64,000 bases of DNA, taken from assembly GCF_009914755.1 (NCBI RefSeq), contig NC_060925.1, one strand, 5' to 3'. The DNA comes from the human T2T-CHM13v2.0 reference genome, Homo sapiens. The notes beneath the pieces were generated by a model. It was given only the letters and a program-made list of their open reading frames with translations. It was not told the origin of the DNA and did no database searches. Below are positions 58,424 through 64,000 of the stretch, piece after piece; the stretch's first letter is position 1, and each line of letters starts with the position of its first letter. A program made the position numbers and the translations under genes.

Positions 58424-58513
58424 ATTTTTCCATTTTTCAACTAATCCGTTCGGGGATGTGTTACGTGTTCCTCAGCCCATGTTTATTCAGTTGGTTACTT
58501 TTCTTTCCACCTG
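58424..58513 (+). repeat. Diverged direct duplication (partner 57612-57694)
   Basis: See partner. Confidence 0.8.
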
Positions 58514-58696
58514 TTTCTCATCCTTCTCTCCATCCTCTCTTTCTCCCTGCACCTGTACTATCTCCTGTCCTCGCTATCCTCCTCGCCTCCTCCTCAGCAT
58601 GGAGACACTGCCCTGTGAGCCAGCCATGACCCCAGTCTTTGAAGACGCTTCACCATGTAGGAAAAAAATCTAACTGCCCAGAATATCGATTTTTAA

Positions 58697-59015
<319 letters not shown>

Positions 59016-59149
59016 TCCCAGAAGATCCATCTGCCTCAGTTGTCCGCTCAGCCTCCTGCCTCCCAAAGAGGACAGAGGGCCTTTTGTGTCACCAATGAGC
59101 TGGCAAGGGTCCTGCATTCCAGGAGGGAAGGGCTAAGTGCCTGAAAGTG

Positions 59150-59520
59150 TGTACACATATTCACACTCTTGCATTCTTACAGAGTCAGAAGCATAGATGC
59201 ACACACAGCAACGCAAACACGGGCACACAAACACACAAAGGCACGCCTTAGAGGCACCATGTACATATATGCCCCTGAATATAGATGCATACCCAGACAT
59301 GTATGCACACAACGACCCACATGTAGGTATGTGCACATATATGCATATGCACCTAAGCATACAAATGGCAATAAATAGACACCTATGTGCAACCAGACAT
59401 ATACAGCCAGGTGAACCAGGAAATGGAATAGGAAAGGTCTTTTCTACCCACCCACTTCACACAGGTACACAAACCAACATGCACCACACAGAAAGCACCA
59501 CACAGGTGCTCAGCATGTAC
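59150..59520. repeat. Degenerate (CA/TA)n low-complexity tract
   Basis: Largely alternating purine-pyrimidine sequence. Confidence 0.8.
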
Positions 59521-59689
59521 ACAGCCAGTGGTCTTCTCCCTGCCCCTCCTCCCCTCCTGGCATTTGGGGGGCATGCCGGCAGTGAGTTGGGGCTACAAGA
59601 AGCCAAAGCAGAAAGATACATCATGGGACCCCCATGGAAGCTGTGATATGTTTGATCACATGAGCTCTACCTCCCTCTGCCTGATCTAA

Positions 59690-59915
59690 AATTGCATCCC
59701 ACCACCGTTTTGTTCTCTTTCCCTTGCTTCATTTTTCTCCATAACACTTCCCACCACCTACCATATGATGCATTTTACTTCTCCTTCTTGTCTGCTTCCT
59801 GTCTCTCCACTATAACATAAGCTCCATGAGAGTGGGAGTTGGACTTGCTCTGTTTATTGCTTTATTCATCCTCAGTACATAGCAGGTGCTTAATATATAT
59901 TTGCTGAATGAATGA
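59690..59915 (+). mobile_element. L2 3' end
   Basis: ataagctccatgag...catagcaggtgcttaatatatatttgctgaatgaatgaa. Confidence 0.8.
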
Positions 59916-60564
59916 ACAATCCTGTGAGGCAGGTGTTTTCAACTCAATTTTACAGATGAGGAAACTGAGGATCCTAAAAGTGCAGTGATTTGTCCGAACT
60001 CACAAGGCTGGGAGCTTGAATTTGAACCCAGGTTGATCTGGCTCAGAAGTCAAACATTGTATTTACTGCACCTGGCTACCACTTGGCTGCAGGTGACCAT
60101 CTTCCAAGCACCTTGCAAAAATTCCAAACATTTGGTTGTCAAACTTTGGTGTTCATCCAAATCAGGGCAGATCCCTGTGCTCCCCATAGCCCTAATTAAG
60201 TCAAATGGATGCTGTGGAACAGCTGGGTACTATTTTCTCAAGAGACCCAAACACCCAGGATGTTACTTGCTAAACCCTCCCACCGTGCTCCTGAAATCAC
60301 TACCAGCAACACTGTCTTTCTGAAACTTACCTGTTTGGGCAGTGGTAGCTACACCTTATTATTATTATTTTTTAATCTTTGAGCATGATTTTAGGAACAT
60401 CAGCTGTGTTGAGGAGGCAGCCTGTTATTATAGCTGTGTGCATGGACTCTGAACTCAGACTGCCAGTCTGAGGTCTGGTTCTATCACTTTTGCTAATTGT
60501 GCACACTTTGGTGACTTATTTAACTTCTCTGCACTTCCACTCTCCTACCTATGGAATGCTGACT

Positions 60565-61760
60565 TTGGTGTACATGATTGTCTCCCATATTTCTATCTTT
60601 CTTTTTCTTTTAGTAATAGAATTGCTGGATTTCAGCTGGGCACATGGTCCCCTGATAAAGACTACATTTCCCATACTCCTGTATTGCCAGGTATGGCCAT
60701 GTGATTATGTGCTGACCAATATGATTTCAGAGGAAATTTCAGGAGCAACTTCCAGTCATGCCCTTAAAATAAAATGGAATATCCTCCACTTCCCCTCTCT
60801 CCTCTGCCTGTTGGTGAGAATGCTGGACCTTGAGATGGAAGCCACATGTTTTCAACAGCAGGGAATAAATTTGGAGGCCTTGTCCCTGGCATTGGAAGCT
60901 ACCTTATCAGCCCTGATCGACTGTTAGACAAGGGAGAAACTTGTGTCTTATTTAAAGCACCCCGTTTTGGATTTTGTTACAGCAACTGAGTCTTTAGTTT
61001 GACTCAAACTGACTGGTTCCAAAGTGAGTGCAGCCATAATGAGACTTAAACCGTAAGGCTCTGGTTCAGTGGCCAAGGAGCAGGTGGTGAAGATGGAGAT
61101 ATCTCAGGATAGGAAGACGGCCCTTGTTATGATGAGGCAAAACATCTGGTGTTGCCTGCGAAACCTCGGAAGCAGATCATGTGCCAATAGTGTGTGTCCC
61201 TCTCGGGGGTCTGTTGGAAATCCCAGAATGTAATATGTATTGACTTATTCTTTCGTGCTTAGCAAAGTCCCACAGGAGGGGTGATGTCAGGTTCATTAGA
61301 AAGGGATTCGGAAGAGGAAGCCTGAGCAGGGGCAGGAGAGAAGAAGACTGAAGCTCAGGCTTTTCTCAGGCACCTCAAGCCAGACCATAGAATAAAATAC
61401 GGCTGCAAAGGTCCCATTAGGGTGATCTCTTCCCCCAGCCCACTATCCCACATGGCCCCAGGAGGCCACCTTCAGGTTGGGGGCTAGGCAGGACAGAGAC
61501 ACTAGGAAATTAAAGATAAACATTTTCAAACATAAAAACTATCTGGAAGAGATCTTGGTTGTTGTTACTTGTACATGGAACTGAGAAGAAGTAAATTCAA
61601 TGAAACTCTATGCAATTCTTAAGGGAATTATATTGCGAAAGAAATTGTGCATTTCTCTGGGACAAGGTGACTGCTCTAGACAAAAGCCTGCTGCTTTCTG
61701 ACATGAGGCTGACAATGTATCCAGGCACCTCTGGTCAAGCCCACTCACTCTTGGAAATGC
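60565..61760 (+). mobile_element. MLT1 LTR (~60565-60995) followed by MLT1-internal remnant
   Basis: aagactacatttccca...ggccatgtgattatg...ttgttacagcaac LTR, then MaLR-int-like tgttatgatgaggcaaaacatctgg...gaagcagatcatgtgcc. Confidence 0.6.
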
Positions 61761-61932
61761 ACATTCCTGCCCTGGCAGGCTAGAGCTGGGCCTCAGAGCT
61801 CATCTGGTTCACTGCCTTCTCTCGTTTTGCATATAGAGAAATAGAGGACCAGAGAGGGACAGTGGCCAGCCACAGAACACACAGCTTTCTAGTGGATGGA
61901 TTAGGGAGCAATGACCCCCGTTCCAGGATTCA

Positions 61933-62400
<468 letters not shown>

Positions 62401-62479
62401 TCACTCTGCCTCCTTCCAGGGCCATGGAGGATGTTCTGGCAAAGAGAAAGAAGCACCCAGGCGTGAGCACCACTGCCTG

Positions 62480-62670
62480 GATATGAGTCCTGATTGTGCC
62501 ACTTACTACCCATGTGACCTTGAGCAGGTAATTTATTTCCACAGGCCTCAATCTGTAACAGTAGCACCTATCTCATGGGGTTGTTGTAAGGCTTAGACAA
62601 GGAAATAATACAAAATGCCTAGTATGGTGTCTGGCACGTAGTAAATGCTCAATTAACATCAGGTATTGTG
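62480..62670 (+). mobile_element. MIR SINE
   Basis: gccacttactacccatgtgaccttgagcaggtaattt...tctggcacgtagtaaatgctcaa. Confidence 0.8.
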
Positions 62671-63429
62671 TTAGGGTGATTAATGTGAGCTGCGAATTCT
62701 AACATTAAGTGGCTTCATGCAATTGTTTATTTCTCACTCATATCAACCTGATGCCAGCCAGTGGCTCTTCTCTATCTTCTAACTAGTTAATTAGCACCAC
62801 TCAAGTCTTCAAGCAGGGAAGAGAGGGATGGAAGATGTTTCTAAGGGCCAGGCCTGGAAGTGACACACATCACCTCTGCCCACATCCCAGTGGCCAGAAG
62901 TTGTCAAAGGCACCACTAAACTACAAGGGAGTCATTCACCACGTGCCTGGGAGAGAATAGAGCATTGTGGCCACCAAGGCTTCTGCCACAGCTGGGCTGT
63001 AACACTGACTCTATTCCTTGTATAGTGTGTGGAGCTTGACATGTTTAACCTTCTGAGCTTCTGTTTTCTTGTAAATGGAGCTAACGACACCAGTGTTATT
63101 ATTGTGAGGTTCACATGAGGAAAGGTAAGTTCAAGGTGCCTGGTGCATGGAAGATGCTTGGCAAATGTTTCTTTCCTTCCATTCTTTCCCCAAGCCTCCT
63201 CTTCCTCTTGCCTCCTACTTCCCTCCATCCCACCCCTTCCATCTTCTCCCCTTCCTTCCCCTGCTGTGAGCCAGGTGACAGCTGGCACGGCCTCTGGTCT
63301 GCAGCCACTAAACCTGCCCATGTCCAACTAAAGGGACAAAATGGCCAAAAAAAATCCCGAGAGCAAAGGTGGTGGCACGGAGTGGGTGGCTGGAGCCACG
63401 TCCTCTGCTTCCCAACGTAAATCTTTGGG

Positions 63430-63640
63430 AAAACCATTAGCGGTGGGCCCTGCAGCTCAGAGAGAAATTACAAGGCAGCAGAATCAATGTTATTTTTTCC
63501 ACAAGCTAAATTCATAACGGTTTATGGCAAAATCAATGCAAATCTTCATGAATAAAGTGATGGCAGGTGCACATTAGACAATAATAAGGGGGGAGGGGGA
63601 GGAGAAACCTCAGCCAATCAGCAGTGGAGGCGGGGCCCCA
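63430..63640. promoter_or_regulatory. Candidate enhancer/promoter block
   Basis: tttatgg (HOX), atcaat x2, atgcaaat (octamer), acaat (SOX), agccaatcag (NF-Y, 63612-63621), ggaggcgggg (SP/KLF, 63626-63635). Confidence 0.45.
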
Positions 63641-63789
63641 GAGGGAGCTGGAAGCAGGTACTCTGGAGCCACCTGCACAGCTGCCAGGGGATTTGATTCT
63701 CTCTGCGATGCAACGAGGCCCCTCCCAGACTGGCCCCAGCTGGCCTGAGCACCCTGGGAGGGAAGGGGCTCAGGGGTGGGAGGAAGTTA

Positions 63790-64000
63790 AGAGCTGACCT
63801 ATTTCTTGAGAGCTTATTCCAGACTTCATGCTTGACCTCCGCGGTCCTATTGGATCCTCAGAATAGCTCTTGGAGGTAGATGCTGTCATTACCCCCATTT
63901 CACAGTTCAGGAAACAGAGGCTCAGAGAGGTGAAGCCACTCACCTGGCATCACACAGTTAATCAGTAGGAATTCCTGGAATGGAACGCAGGTCCTCCCTA
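63790..64000 (-). mobile_element. MIR SINE
   Basis: ggaaacagaggctcagagaggtgaagccactcacctggcatcacacagttaatcagt. Confidence 0.75.

Overview
Primate (very likely human) non-coding genomic DNA, intergenic or deep intronic. It contains about 20 Alus including AluY, dense MIR/L2 fossils, several MaLR/ERVL LTRs, small DNA transposons and microsatellites. There is no credible cellular CDS, structural RNA gene, CRISPR array or CpG island. The only protein-like homology I recognise is a decayed ERV-L provirus at ~24970-28570 (minus strand; RNase H, integrase and dUTPase remnants). I cannot place the locus from sequence alone. Two things go beyond ordinary repeat content. (1) Several short-range local duplications that repeat families do not explain: two inverted pairs (5183-5525/7430-7780 and 12035-12129/13330-13424), two direct pairs (44434-44663/46501-46729 and 57612-57694/58424-58513), a 34-bp-stem hairpin of pre-miRNA size (57696-57773), and three AT-rich patchwork insertions that look like template-switch repair scars. 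(2) Several repeat-free blocks rich in homeodomain, SOX, TCF and POU motifs that look like developmental enhancers. I see no evidence of a new coding system. Repeat subfamily names are from recalled consensus sequences and their boundaries are approximate. Identities were counted by eye.
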